DNA from: Chiloscyllium plagiosum
Taxonomy: Eukaryota
DNA length: 64,000 nt
Direction of reading: 5' to 3'
Assembly (NCBI RefSeq): GCF_004010195.1
Contig: NC_057731.1
Coordinates: 30,517,314 to 30,581,313 of the forward strand
The position numbers and the translations under genes are program-made. Under the pieces are notes generated by a model, which made no database searches, had not been told where the DNA came from, and saw nothing but the letters and a program-made list of their open reading frames with translations. Shown here in pieces: positions 11,101-25,575 of this stretch (position 1 is the first letter of the stretch; each line of letters starts with the position of its first letter).

Positions 11101-14100
11101 GCTGCATCCAGTATTTAAACTACAAACAGAAACTGTAGCTGCCGCAGAAAGTTCCAAACAGAGCGTTATTATCCTCTAGGTTCCTAATGCGGACACTAAA
11201 CATGGTTGCGATAACTCTCGTTGGAAAATCACACAAACTAGTACAAATGATTTGAAATTATTTGTAACTTCCAGACAGTGTGATTTGTAATGTTAAACAC
11301 ATTTCTCAAAAACAACGTTTCCATCTTTTCCAGAGCATAACAAAGATTCATTTGCTGCAAGTGTTATATCGGGAGCGAGTTACCATTGTACCATACTCGA
11401 GTTGCAACAGTATTGTTCTTAAGTTGTATTAAAAACTAATTGCGCCATATATAAATCCTGGTAATTTAGTTTCCCTTCAAGTTACTCAACTAAAATCCAA
11501 ATCCGTTGCCATATGTGCACAGAAGCAAACATTTCATCATGTGACACATTGCCTTCAGCTAAACTGGGAACCATGTTTGAATGGAGTTGGAAGGTAATAA
11601 AGATAAAGCGTGAAATCTACATTGACGTATTAAATAGGCGCATTTTGTGCACCTTAACTATTTAAAAGCCTCTTAAAATGCGCGCATCTGCTTAAAGAGA
11701 GCGCTTCAAATCACCTATTTTGAAACGGGTTCGTCCTAAACCCACCTCTGCTGTTCTACGTCCTTAGAGCTTTTGGATATGTTCTTTCCCTGATATTTTC
11801 TTTTGTACCCTGGCCAGTGGTAACCTACCTAAACTGAAACTGTTCTGCAATCACTGCGAATGTATCACGCCTGTTAAGCTTTAAGCACAGATTGCAGGAC
11901 CACAGAAAATTGATTCCTCCCTCCCCACCCCCAAAAAAGTATAGGGGATGTCAGGCTCGTATTGTTGCTAATGAAAATAGATCTTCAGTGGGTTTATGCT
12001 GCTAGAAAATCGCCTCCTGACCGCCTAGAATATTGCAAAGGTTCCACCTGCAGTGACAGATGAAGTCATAAACAAGTTTGATCTGCGAATCAAGCTTCGA
12101 TAAATATTAAACACAGTCCTTTTACACGTGTGTATTATGATGTATGGCGCGTCGAACTTTAAAATAAGGAAATTACCGAAGAAAATGATATCAATAAATT
12201 TTCTAAGTATAAACGTTGATTATGTTTCGATTTTCATTCAAAAGCTTGCTGTTCTTGGTACAAATGACATCTCACAACGGGCTGCAGAAAGCCTCCCTAT
12301 TCCACGGGAGCCTGGAGGTGTACAATTTATGTAATCGGGCCTGGAAAATGAATTGTGTAATTTATTGGAAAACAGAAGTCATCGAGATTAGATCAGCATA
12401 GCCTATCAAAGGGCTACAATCCATCAAGTTCCAATTAACAACCTAAGACGCGTAAACCATAGAGCGTTAATGGGTTTCCAATCTACTGGACTGATAGACT
12501 CATCAATTCCTCGGGGATGAATTAAGAAAATCGACCGCCCCGTAGCGTGTAGTGTCATTCTTTTCAGCAACTATATGTCAAATTAAAAACACAATTAAAA
12601 TTTAAACTGTTTCAATCAGAGGTGCCCTGCAACCTATGTTTCACTTAATAGAACTTTGATGAAAATCTGATGGTTACACTCCATCACTGAGGCGAATGGG
12701 ACTCGGAGGTGCAACGGATTCTTTAAACTGCGTTTCTAAAAAAAAATAATAGATCCGGGTGTTGCTCGATAGGGCTCAAGTCTCACTCCAGGTAGAACAA
12801 GGTGCTAGTTCCCAACTGAGCAGTAGATACTTGGGGGCCGGTATTTATTTTGTCTATCTAATGATGTTGTTGTGCAGCATTTAAAAAATTGGGTGTGAAT
12901 CCCGGTTAATTACTGAGTCAACCTATTTGAGAGATGCCTTTACAAGAGACAAAAATACATCCAGCGAATGAAGACATTCAGCTGAACTGCATTCTGACTT
13001 TGCTTGTTACCAATATGATGAGTCTAACAATATAGCGAGTGTTCAGAGAGCATGTTTGAAGGCACCCTGGTATCATGTGCTAATTTTGACTCCTTTTACC
13101 CCTCGTTGCTGACAACCCAAGGTCACAAGATTCCAAGAGCATACGATGAACAATGCAGCTCATTGAAACAATATTTTACAGACATTTTGCGATCAATACG
13201 TACTAAAGCATAATGCTATGCCAATCTATTAATGCTCTTTAATGGCCCCTCGCAGAGCTTGCATCGTCCAAGTCGATACAGGAACGTGATTATCTCCGAA
13301 GTACGTTTGCAACTCGACCCCATTTTGATCAAATAAACACATTTTACGTACAAATAAAGTTTGCAACCAAACATACTGACCTATCAGATGCGACCGATTT
13401 GCCCCCGGAAAGTTACTAAGTACAATTGAGAGTCAGGCACAGATTAATGCCGCAGTTAAACAGATATTTTGGACAGTTCGACGCAAATTAGTGCAGTTGT
13501 TAAACTGTAAAATAGCCGCAGGCTGCCGAAGCTGAACTGAGCTCAGCACAAATGGTCTGCACGGTGGTTCTGAAGCCTGTTCTGGGGGAGTGATGGAAAG
13601 GTTATATCTGTTTGGAATGATTGCAGTGTTGGCTATACAAAAGTTCCCTGTATTTTGCACCAAATAAAAAAAAATACATGTGTGTGTAAGGTACAAACAT
13701 GACAGCGGCATATCTGCAGCCATGTTTACTGAAATGAGCAGGAATGATTAAACAAATGCAGAGATTTGGAGACCGGAACGTTTAAGTGCAATGCAGGGAC
13801 TGTTCACATTCATGATGAACCTTTGTACATATTGTGCCTCTGATTTCTGACAAACGACTTTGTGTAACAAAAGCGATCCTTTCTCTGTATGCAAGCCAAT
13901 GTTTTGAAAGTACGGCTTTAAAACATGGTTCATATTTATCATAAATATATAACTTACAATTTTTTTCTATTATAATGACGGTTGTGTAAATTCTGCTTAA
14001 GTAATTATTCACAACCATTAAACAAGCTTCAAACACTCATGTTCTATTAAAAATAAAGTTCTGCCGAATAACGGAAGGAACAGTGTTCATATGAAAACGT

Positions 14101-17100
14101 TTCTTGGATTACTATATAATGGTGTAAAGGCTTCTTAGCTGCATGTTTGAGCAAGATAATTTCATCGATACAGGTTTATGAAAGTGATTTTCAGAAGGTT
14201 TTTTACAATACAATTTTCGCTCAACAGTAGCTGTCTGCTGATTAATGTAGGCGTCGAGCGAGAAAATTATTTATGTAGGGGGATGGATGAGGAGTAACAT
14301 TGGTGGCTAAGATAACTCTGATGGGAAGCTATCTATAACAAAAGCCAAAAGGATGAATGAAAGAAAGACCTGAACAAGAAATAAGTCTACATCTTTTTGT
14401 CAAATGTTTTCTTTGGATCAGTAACATTGTAGTGCTAATGATATAAGAACAAGAGTGGAAACAAATTGACAATTTTTTTTAACCGGAATTTTGATAATTT
14501 GAAGAAATTCCAATCTACTGTTGTAAATAAAACCTGGAAAACTGAAACGCGTCTGAGCAGACAGAACTTAGTAACAGTGAAGCGACAAAATTGCCAAAGT
14601 ATTGCGAGTAATTTTGATTGTTGCAAGCGTAAATCTTCCATATGGAATTATAGTTAATTGGTTTAGCTCTATTTAAAATAATCGCATGATCAAAACTGTG
14701 ATTGTATTTCATTATATTACAATATTGTCTTAATTAAGAAACAGATCGTAGTTCTGTGTAAATACAGAATTTAATGAAAGAGGGAGCGTGGAGCGAATCA
14801 CACAAAGACAAAAAAAATCCAACATTGATTGTGTTTTAATCCTTTATTTTTTGTGAAGTTGAATTGATTATTGGCGTGAAGCAGGTTCCTACAGGTTGGT
14901 AATGATTCGGTAGAACACCATTATTGTATCAGTAAAGCAACATCTGTAACAGGGTACCACGCCTTTCTCGTCCAAGAGCGTCTGTTAGAAAATGCTCTAC
15001 AACTTGATCAATTTTAAAATGCCGTCAACGGGCAAAATATTAAGTATAACCTTGTTTTTATCGGCCAGTTCTTGACAGAGTTTAAGATTAGGTTGGGCTA
15101 GGTACTTTTACGACATTCAATACAAAGTAAAAGTACTTTTGCATATTTGCAGTCGCTGTTTTCTGTTGATTAAACGGTTGTGTGTTTGCTGTATAAACGT
15201 TCTAAAAAGTTCATGCTGACACTGTTGTCATAAACTTAGTATCGCCAACAATACAAGACCCAATTTTTGTTATTACTTCACACAAGGAGCGACATATTTT
15301 GGCTTCTGTGTTATGTTTATTTTCAGCCACGATGCATAACAAATTAAAACACAATCAAAGGCGCAGAGCTTCCTATTAGCGCCCTGGCACTTGTGAATCA
15401 TCTGACAGCTCTGTTGACAGCTTTCACGCGAAAAACCAACAGCAATGTTATCTGAAAATCAGAACATGATGCTGCTGGTTTCTTGGATGTCAACCATAAA
15501 AATGCACACGGAATAACCTCGAGTTGTTCATCTGTAAAGGACTTTAACTGTGACCTTCTCTAAAAATGGGAATGGTTGAAATATATTTTCAGTATACCGG
15601 CACATATCTATGCGTTCAGTGGTTTACTAAACGCAGTTGGTCTGTATTTGATCTAGCAATGGCAGTTGAATAGAATAAAGCTCTCATATAAAAGTCCTCG
15701 TACATGTAGCAGCTTCATTTAATAATAACGAACTGTCATTTAGCATAAAGCTTTATTATTTAATTATTAAATAGATCCCTATCCTGTGTGTACAACCACT
15801 TACCAGGTGAGGTGCACTGTAACTGACCCCGCCAGCTACTGCGAAATATGTCGACAGTTTATACATGTAAGTGTAGATAGTCTCAGCGTAGCAAACCCTT
15901 GGCGAATTTAATTAATCCTCCCAATATTCTTCACTGTCAATTGAAGGGACGTTTGAAAAATAAAGTTTATATCGGTTGCACAGCAGTTTCCTAACTTGTT
16001 AGTTTAATTAAACACTGTCTGAGGTTTCAATGCTATATCGCCGTTGAAGGAGACTTTAGCCGAGATTGTATTGCTAAATGTGGCTCACCAAATAAACAAG
16101 AACCTCACTACACTGAACATGAAATAAAATACACCTTATATCAGATAATAGTTGACTAAGAATGCTTCAAAAAATGTATAAAAGCTGAGGTAGGGTTTCT
16201 TTGGCCAGGTAGAATAACGTATCCCCAGATTAGGTACACATCATCCAAAATATCAATCCAGCTCGTCTTCCCGCTAAGTAATTGTGCCCGCAAGTATGGA
16301 CGCCATGAGGTTTTACACTTTTCAACTGATGATGTTTTGGTATTTGTAAATATCGTGTCGTTTTTGGCCGCAAGCGTTGTTATTCATACTTTATTAGCAA
16401 AACAGTAGTTTCCCTGTTTCTTGAGTCAATGGTTGTACGAAACTACACATTTGAGTAACAAAGACTGCTTACATTTTATTTTAGTTCACAACAAGTCTGT
16501 TCAACAAAATTCGCCATTACAATATCAAAAACGCAAGTATTTTATTTTCTTTTTTTTGTCTAAAACATACAGAACACCAATTATTCTCGCAGTAAATAAC
16601 TATCTTACATCTGGTGAAATAACCAGAAATAATAATCAGAACAGTATTATTTGAAAAAATTTAGAAATTTTATCTTTTGACCTCTGTCAATAAATTTACA
16701 ATCCAGGTAAATTAATATACGTTGTCACCACGTAAACGATACATTCATTAAATAAATAAAAAGAACCTTAAATATTTTTTGATTGTCCTTCAGTTAAAGC
16801 GCCTTGACATTAGAAACTTGATAGCGTCCAGAGTCGCTACTCGTCACACGTTCTTCCAGTTTAGACCAATGTATATTGGGTTTCAACTTGCAATGATTTT
16901 CTTTAAACTCCAAAACAGTGCTTTAACTTCTATAGTACAATATTGCACAGATACGTGAAACCATAATAAGGAACAACATTTTCACCACTCCTTTTAAGTA
17001 CTTACAAAAAAAGACATTTACAGCAGATCGTCTCAAAACTACATGGCTTAATCTTACAAAACGGAATTGGCCAAATAAAACGAGGATAGATTGATAAACC

Positions 17101-17248
17101 CAGAGTAGCCTTTAAAGGGGTACAGCTGAAGCTGGAGGATGTGAGCAATGTAGACATTTACAGCTGGTCTTCTTGTGGTTCGTTGCTTCAAAACTACTAG
17201 GTCTAATCTTACAAAAAAGGTAATAACAAGATAAATATTAAAATAAAA

Positions 17249-17878
<630 letters not shown>

Positions 17879-17951
17879 TTAGACACGCTGCAGACCAAAG
17901 CGATTAGGAAGCTGGGCATTAGAAAGGAGAACATGCTTAAAGATCACTTAC

Positions 17952-18246
17952 CTTCAGTCCGCGGGAGATGCACCCCTGATGTGAGTGTACAGGGGTACCA
18001 CCAGGCGGGGGACCTCTCGAGATAGTGCGCCGGCAGCGCAAACCTCTGAGCTGGGAGTTCAAACCTGGGGAAGCCGGGCTCCCTGCAATGAGGTAAGGAG
18101 AAAGTCGCGCCCTCGACCACCCCTTTCACGGTCGACAGCAAAGTCTTAGGCTTTGACGGCTTTCGATCACAGTTCAGCAGGTTTTTGATGGAGAAGGAGG
18201 ACTCTTTAGGCGCGATGGGACTCTCCTGCGCTGCTGTCTCAGGCAT
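17952..18246 (-). CDS. HMX3: HMX3 exon 1
   Basis: GCCATG start; [25 protein letters not shown] (Eh1-like) and [27 protein letters not shown], characteristic of HMX3; donor G|GTAAGT 17952/17951; 98-nt phase-1 intron; total 299 aa. Confidence 0.96.
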
Positions 18247-18599
18247 GGCCGCCTGACTCCGGGCAGACACTGCAGGCACCGTGCGGAGGCTCGGGCAAGA
18301 AAGCGGACCGCGTTGTTCAGAATCCAGTGAGTTCAGAAAAACGCACCAAACTTTTGCATGTGGGGACAGTGGAACTCCACAGCAATTTGCAACAGAGTCG
18401 GAGACATTCAGCCTCAATCTGGCGCCAGATGATAATGATGAAATAAAAATGTCATACAAGTTAAATGCAGAAAGTATACGGCGATTGGGCACGCACAATG
18501 GCAAATAGGATTACCGAAGGAAAAAAAAGAATGGCATGTAATGAGTCCACCTCCCTATACTTTGCGCTTCGCTTAAGGCTATAAGAGCTCGCCTGTTAT

Positions 18600-18720
18600 T
18601 GGCTTTATATAGTCCAATTAGGCAGCAAATGAGGACGAGACTAATACCACAAAAGAAACTCGTCCTGTAAACCACCACTAGACGAGCAGTAGGCAAATGA
18701 CTTACTCCTGTCCATTGGCA
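18600..18720 (-). promoter_or_regulatory. Putative HMX3 core promoter (TATA plus CCAAT)
   Basis: Minus-strand TATATAAA at 18611-18604 with an adjacent CCAAT (18614) and a second CCAAT-type box near 18712-18718. Confidence 0.55.
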
Positions 18721-21700
18721 CAAAACGCTGCTTCATTTCCATCTGGAGGGGAAATTTGTTTAAAGTGCCCAGGCTTTTCCTCCTCTGTCACTTTGAGCGC
18801 CTCAAGCCTTGGTTTGTGCCCATTGAGGCAGTGCATTTTACAACGGGAAAGCAAAACAGCCTGGTTTCTATGAATCGGTTACTTTCCAGGCTTTGTCTTT
18901 ATTTAAAGTCCAGGTTCTATCTTGGCTGGATGGTGGAATAACAGAAAATAAAGCTACTCCGCCTTTGAAGCAGCCAGATTCGAAAAGAGATGTAGGCAGT
19001 ATTCCATGCGGGTTTGAACAGAGACGTTCAGTTTGTGAGGTTTTCGTGATAAAGTGTTATATGCCAGGGATATATGGCACATTAAAACGCGATTTTATGA
19101 AGTGTAGCACTGCAAGAAATAGCAATAATTTTATTGTGGAAGCAAGCCCAATTTGTATATGAAGATTTATAAGTAGAACCGATATGCTGTGACCTCAGAT
19201 TTAAGCAGGATTTCGCATATGTCACTTTAATGTTATACTGTATTTCTCATGAGTTCATTTAATAGAGACAAACCATTTTCACTGTTTGCCTGACTTTAAC
19301 CCCCAGTTCCACCCCCACCCCCTACCACACACACACACCAAAGTCGAACTGTTTGTACACATATGTATGCTTCCTAAAATACAAGCAGAAAGGACTCTAA
19401 TATTTTTCATGTATTATTTTTTGGCAAAGCTTATAACCCAATGGAAACTCAAAAATGTTACAGCGCTAATTTATCAGGAGAGTTGAAGAAGGTGACATAT
19501 TTTGTCAGTAAACGAGAACAATTTTATATTAAGCTACCACTTAGATATAGCACTTGGTTTGGGTAAATGTCAACCAAGGACTGCCTGTTTTGATTATTAT
19601 TATTCTAATTTATACCGCTGCAAATCTCACGACAGATCTTTTATTCTATACAGCGCGCCAGCTCAGTTTGGTTAACGACATAACTGGGTGTTGCATGGGA
19701 ATTCGATTGTATTTGCTTTGAAAGCTTTAATTAAGGTTTTCTTTTAGTTTATCTATACTTTCATATTACAAATGCGTTTCCTTTACATTAACGGTGAATA
19801 CAGCACAGTGTTTGTATGACTTACATATTTACATAATGTTCCAGAACTGTAAGCGCTTATATGTCGTCAATTTGCAGTTTGGCCCGACAGCACATAATAG
19901 ACAATGATTACTACAGCCCAGCTCTTATCTATAATTCAGATAAGTTATAGCACTGAGGAACATGCCAACACATTTGGATGGGTTGTGCGTTGAAATTAAA
20001 ATACCCATCATCTTTCCCTGTATATAATTTGCAACCTGCGGCCTTAGCTGTTTACCCAATGATACATTTCGTTTCATTCGGCTGAATGATAATGTGCACA
20101 CCTTAGTGCCATTCCACTGGTTACTAGGCTGCATCGTACTATAAACGACCAGGCTAGTATACCAGGTATTTGCCGTTGGCTCTTATGTTTAATTACTGGC
20201 ATCTACAACTCGACAACGTTTTATCTTTCAGCACCTATTACAATTACATTATTGTCCATTCTGATAGACGCAAATTAAGCAATTCTACGCGATTTGACAC
20301 CCAGAAAACATTTAGTCAAATCTATGGGGAAAATGAATCATGGGTGCATCACTTTATATATAAAAATACATGTTAACGATTATGCAGGGCAGTAAAGGTA
20401 GCTGTTGCAAAGATGATTACAACTACAATACATTTCCCCACGGGCTGCAGAGTAATTCATGATTTGCATTTGCAATTAATTTGTCTTTCAAAAAGAGAAT
20501 CACCTGCACGCACAGAAGGATTGTCGTGTTTATACTCATTATAAAAGGGACTGGACTTACTTCTAAAGTTCGAACCTCATTACGCCAACGCTATAAAGCT
20601 CCTTTGTTCTACAATATTGCATATTTGCCTGCGAACTGAAATATAGTCAAGGAGACTGAGCACGATTGTTTGGAAGATTATTTGCAAGGCGGTGGGGCGG
20701 GGTGGGGGAGGGGAGGGTGGAGATGAGGGGTGGCAAACCAGTTAGTTATTTAAAGGCACCTAGTGAATGATCATACACACTGTAATATCCATAGACGCTC
20801 AAATGGAAAACAAGATACGTTTTTCCAACTGTTTCAAACAAATCTAAAATGGGCCATCAAAAGGGACATGCAATAGATGAAGTTGGAGAAGAATGAACCA
20901 AATAATGTTCGAAATGGGACTGTGACTTCTTTCAAATGAAACGTGAATATGTTTGGGGTTTCTTCTGATTGATGCCAACACCGCAGTTCCTCATTCAAAC
21001 ACCGGCCAGTAACACCACTCCCTGAAATGTTTGACATCAAAACATGAATCTCAGTTTGTGTAGGCACATGCGGACAACGTACGCAGATATTCTTTCGAAT
21101 CCGCCGTGTGACAGATTTAGCCTTTGTTATCATTTGGGAACTTTTTCATCGTCTCTTCATATTATAGTTGAATTAATATTCATGATGATAGGAACTGGAT
21201 AGGATGCAACACCATTAATTACATTAACAACAATGTGCGGCAGGGTTAGAGTAATTGATACAATTATGTGGAATAACCAGTAATAATGAAACTAAAATCG
21301 GAATGCCCTTATGTGTAACGAATGCTATAATTTCTTTAACAATTACCAGATTTTGCAAACCAACAGGCGAGTGTAGTTTAAGGCTTTAATTTCAATGGGT
21401 CCAGCAACTTTAATACATTTGAAATGTTCAAGATCGTTTTAAAATCCTATTTTTATCATATTCACCTACATCATCTAGGCCTCGCTTTCTTAGATTTCAT
21501 ATCTCCATTGTTCATCATGTCTTTTATTACTTTAAATCTCTTATTAGTGAATTATTTTACCAGTTATTTGAAACAGTGCTGCGATATCAGATGGTACAAG
21601 TAGAGTATACAATAACTATTTTACACTTTCAAACATAATAAATACAACAGAATGTTTCTCTTTGTCAGTTTAGCATTGATAAACAGATTAACAGCGATGT

Positions 21701-23981
21701 AAATAGTGCCCTTGAAGATGCATGCATATATTATTATAGATTGATGTTTGAGAGAAAAGGTTGCTCTCAAGGGATAGGTAAATGTTTATGTATGATACCT
21801 AGAATCACCCACACTCCTGGATTTATTTTAGAGTTCAACGTATGAACTCTCTGTACTTTTCTTCCACCATATATTGTTTTTAGGAATTCATTCTCTTCCT
21901 CATTTACTGAGGCAGTATTTAATATAAGGATAACACAAAGTTCCCAAAATCACACCAAAGTCTTCTATTTGAAAATAATGGTTTGTAAGTGTTGCTGACG
22001 AAGTCACAAAAAGTTCGCATGTAGACCAAAATTCTGCAATCACCAGTGTACTGCAACCAAAAAGTTAAACAAAACATACAGTGACTTTTCCAAGAACTTG
22101 GACGAACATTTGAGGGTTAGGTATAACATCGTGAACAGTATCAAACTAAATGAACGGGATATTTATTATTAAATGTCATGCACATATTACAGCAGTACTC
22201 AATTCCTAAATTAGACAACAATGCTTAAAAGCACCACTAACAAACTTTGATTCGACTTCTTTTTGAGTGCGGCAATTAGTGGTTAGAACAAACTATTAGA
22301 CATCTAAATTGGACAATGTGTTTCTTTTTACACGACCCAGCTTATTAATTACATGACTTTCACTAAAGGAATGCATTGTTCTCTCTGATGCTGCTTGGAG
22401 ATCACCTTCGTCCCTCTATTGTGTTACAGACTGATTTTTTTGTTGTTGTTGCTAATCATTTCCCTTCAGGTTATGGGAAGACAGATCAGAGAGGTACATC
22501 TTTCGAGGTCTTAAAACAACCCCTAAGGAGGAGACATCAGAAACCGCGAACATGTCCATCAGGGCAGTCAATCTCTCTGACAGCAGATACTTATCATCAG
22601 GGAGCTCCTTTGTAATATGAAGTCTTGAAACAAGAGATAAACGAGCTGCGTGATACTTTAGGTGTTGTCCCTGAATGTGGAAGACTTATATCGTTTTAGG
22701 GAATGATTCTTTTTTCCCTCTTATTTTTCAGTTTCTTTTTAAAGAGATGACAATCATGTCAGTAGACAGAAACAGAAGTAAGCCAAGGGCAATTAACCTT
22801 TTGTCTGCTGCAGTAAGAGCAGTGAGAGTTGGAAACCACACCTCACAATCCTATTTGTCTTCGGTGTCGTGTGAGCAGGGTTATCTCGGCGAAACTCTGC
22901 CCTTTTGGCATAATCGTTCTTTCATGACTGGGGATAACTTACTTACTGTGGCTGGAAACAGACCAGTCTGGCGGGGAAGTATACCATTAGTTCTCGGTAT
23001 TTAAAGTTATGTTATGAATGTTTAACCTTTAACTTTTCTCATCTGGTTGATGAAGCCATTCACAAGGGTTGTGTTCAGGAACAAGTGCCGTCACTTTTGA
23101 CGAAGAAATACGGTAGATGGGAGTGTACAAATGATTCACAATTAACACAGGGTTGTGCGCTGAACGCTGCCTGTACAGCACCCCCTGTTGATAAATATGA
23201 TCTTTATCACTATACTGCAAGCACTTTATTGGTCAACGGCATGTATTTTGCTATTCTATTTGGAACAGCAAAACCTGGTGTAAATCCTTTCATTTTTGTT
23301 GGAGTCGGGAACTAAAATAATAAAAACACATCTGGCAGTAACCGAAAGAAAACTTTGTGCAAATCTGCAAAAGCTGAATTTATGATACTGGATTTGCCAT
23401 TTCCGAGGGATCACTGCTTGTGTTGGACTTTTTTACTTTATATAAATCTAGTTCTTAATCTAGTTCGGGTTAATTCCAAGACTCTAGACGAGCCGGTAAT
23501 CAGTGTGAATTTGGGACTGATTTGCATGGAGCACATGATTCTAATGGATTCTTGACAACATATATGCGAATTGACGATATCGATTCAAAGCGATCTCGAT
23601 GGAAATTGGAATCCTGTTTTCAGCTCAACAGTAACAATGAACAAAAAGGAGATACCCGTATTACTAAACTTGTGAATCATTACAAACGCTCAGGATGAAA
23701 AGAGGGAGTGAAATTAGAAACCCTTCTTTATAATCCTCTAATGAAATATTAGCTACTCCAGATTGTTTTAAAGCAGGTGTCAGGACATTATTTACAAAAA
23801 AAGAGAAAGCACTTCAGATTTTAAGTTCAGAACCCTATAACCTGTTTTTAACATAATGGTTATGAAAGCTAGATGGGACTCTAGACAAAGCTGAGACAAA
23901 TCCCAAAACGCGAATGTATCATTCAACAACCTGCGAAAGAAGTGTCTTTTCAGATACAGTGCAAATGAAGTGGTTTGATTT

Positions 23982-24041
23982 GGGGGTGGAGGAGGGGGGG
24001 GGGGGGGGGGGGGGGGGGGCTGTTGTGGAGGGGGGAGGGGG
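23982..24041 (+). repeat. Poly-G / G-rich tract
   Basis: G run at 23994-24019 flanked by GGGGG/GGAGG blocks. Confidence 0.85.
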
Positions 24042-25299
24042 TCAATCAAACCCTAATCTGTTCAGAAGGCTTTTAAAAATAAACGTCCCATTTTTCTAAA
24101 CAAACATATTTGTAAACCTGATAAATGCAGAATTATTTGTTTACACATGTCCGGATTAAAAACCCACTGGAGAGACAGAGGAGGAAAATCTTCAGTTCAC
24201 TTGTGCTTTTACTGACTGCTTGAACAGGTTGTTAGAAATCAAACTCCAGCTGGTGTCAGAAATGAGCAGAAAACACTGCGGATCTGAGTAGAGAAAGAGA
24301 GACGGTTAGAAATACACAGCAATCCAATCTGGCCGTAGACATTTTACAGTTGGTTCTGATTTTGATACAATCTGGTTCCATCCTGTATTTACTCAACCAC
24401 TAGGCACATTAGTAGTTGGTTTTAAATTATGCACACCATATGATTTGCTGTCTTACACATTGCATTAAAATGCAGAAGTTATTATGATTTAGGTTCAAGG
24501 TCTGAACATTACCAAATTGAATATTTTCTATGCAGATCAGGCTGATACCAGGAACTCAACAATGTCTTTCCAAGCCAGTCCTTGTTTCTCTATAATTGTG
24601 ACAGTTGCGTTTTAGTACTTTGCCAAGACTATTTAACATTTTAAAGGTTGTAATGTTATTAAATCCGTTGCATAGTGTTGCATGAAAACATCAGGAACAC
24701 AAATATTGATCTCTCCTGGATTGCCTGGCAATTTAAACATTTAAAAACACACACAACTTGCGCACCAAGGTCTTGAAAGAAAAGGCAGAATTGGAATGAC
24801 ACGGATAGTCAATAATAACGTGTCGGCACTTGCACAGTTAAATGTGAATGATTCCAACGTTATGCAATATGTATCACCATAATTAGGAACACTTCAGGAA
24901 TGCTGTCAATATCAATGTCATAGTTCCGTTATTGGCAAAAGGTAATATGCGACCAAAACAATTTTGAGGTTGTGTGAATTATTAAATATTATTGCATTAT
25001 CGCGCTCGGTCATGATGAATGCTCCAAGTGAAAGCTTTGAATCATGATACAGTGGGGGAATGAGTAACAGAGAAAATGCTAACCTCGCCACGATTCTAAA
25101 TAATTTATCCAAACCAAAGTTCGGCAGCTCAGTAGCATCTAATATTGGAGTCGCCGTTCATTATTAAGGGGTTGTTTAGACCACAGGCAAACAATTCAGA
25201 TTTTGTCACAGTGATAACATGAGATTTGTTCATTTGGGTATTGATACCCCAACAGATCGCTCCGCTCAACATCACCGTAAACAGACGCAGACGCTGTGA

Positions 25300-25575
25300 C
25301 AAAAATTGAAATTGCTGGAGAAACTCAACAGGTCTGGCAGCATCTGTGCAGAGAAAGCAGGTTTTATGATAATGATTACCACTTTTTTTGCGCCAGCCAA
25401 GTCAGTGCGTTTGATTTCTGGCTTGATTTGCAGTAGAAACAACCCAAAAGCCAAACTGCCCATAGTATTAGGTGCATTAGTCAGAGGGAAATGGGTCTGG
25501 GTGGGTTACTCTTCAGAGGGTCGTGTGGGGACTGGTTGGGCCGAAGGGCCTGTTTCCACACTGTATGGAATCTAA
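25300..25575. mobile_element. PLE-type terminal fragment (25300-25360) plus 3' part of an HE1-like SINE (25455-25575)
   Basis: aattgctggagaaactcaacaggtctggcagcatctgtg matches other PLE tails in the window; gggccgaagggcctgtttccacactgta matches the SINE/CR1 3' tail. Confidence 0.6.

Noticed and set aside
23792-24099. Poly-proline / poly-glycine ORFs
   Set aside because: Just translations of the poly-G tract, whose length may also be a sequencing artefact
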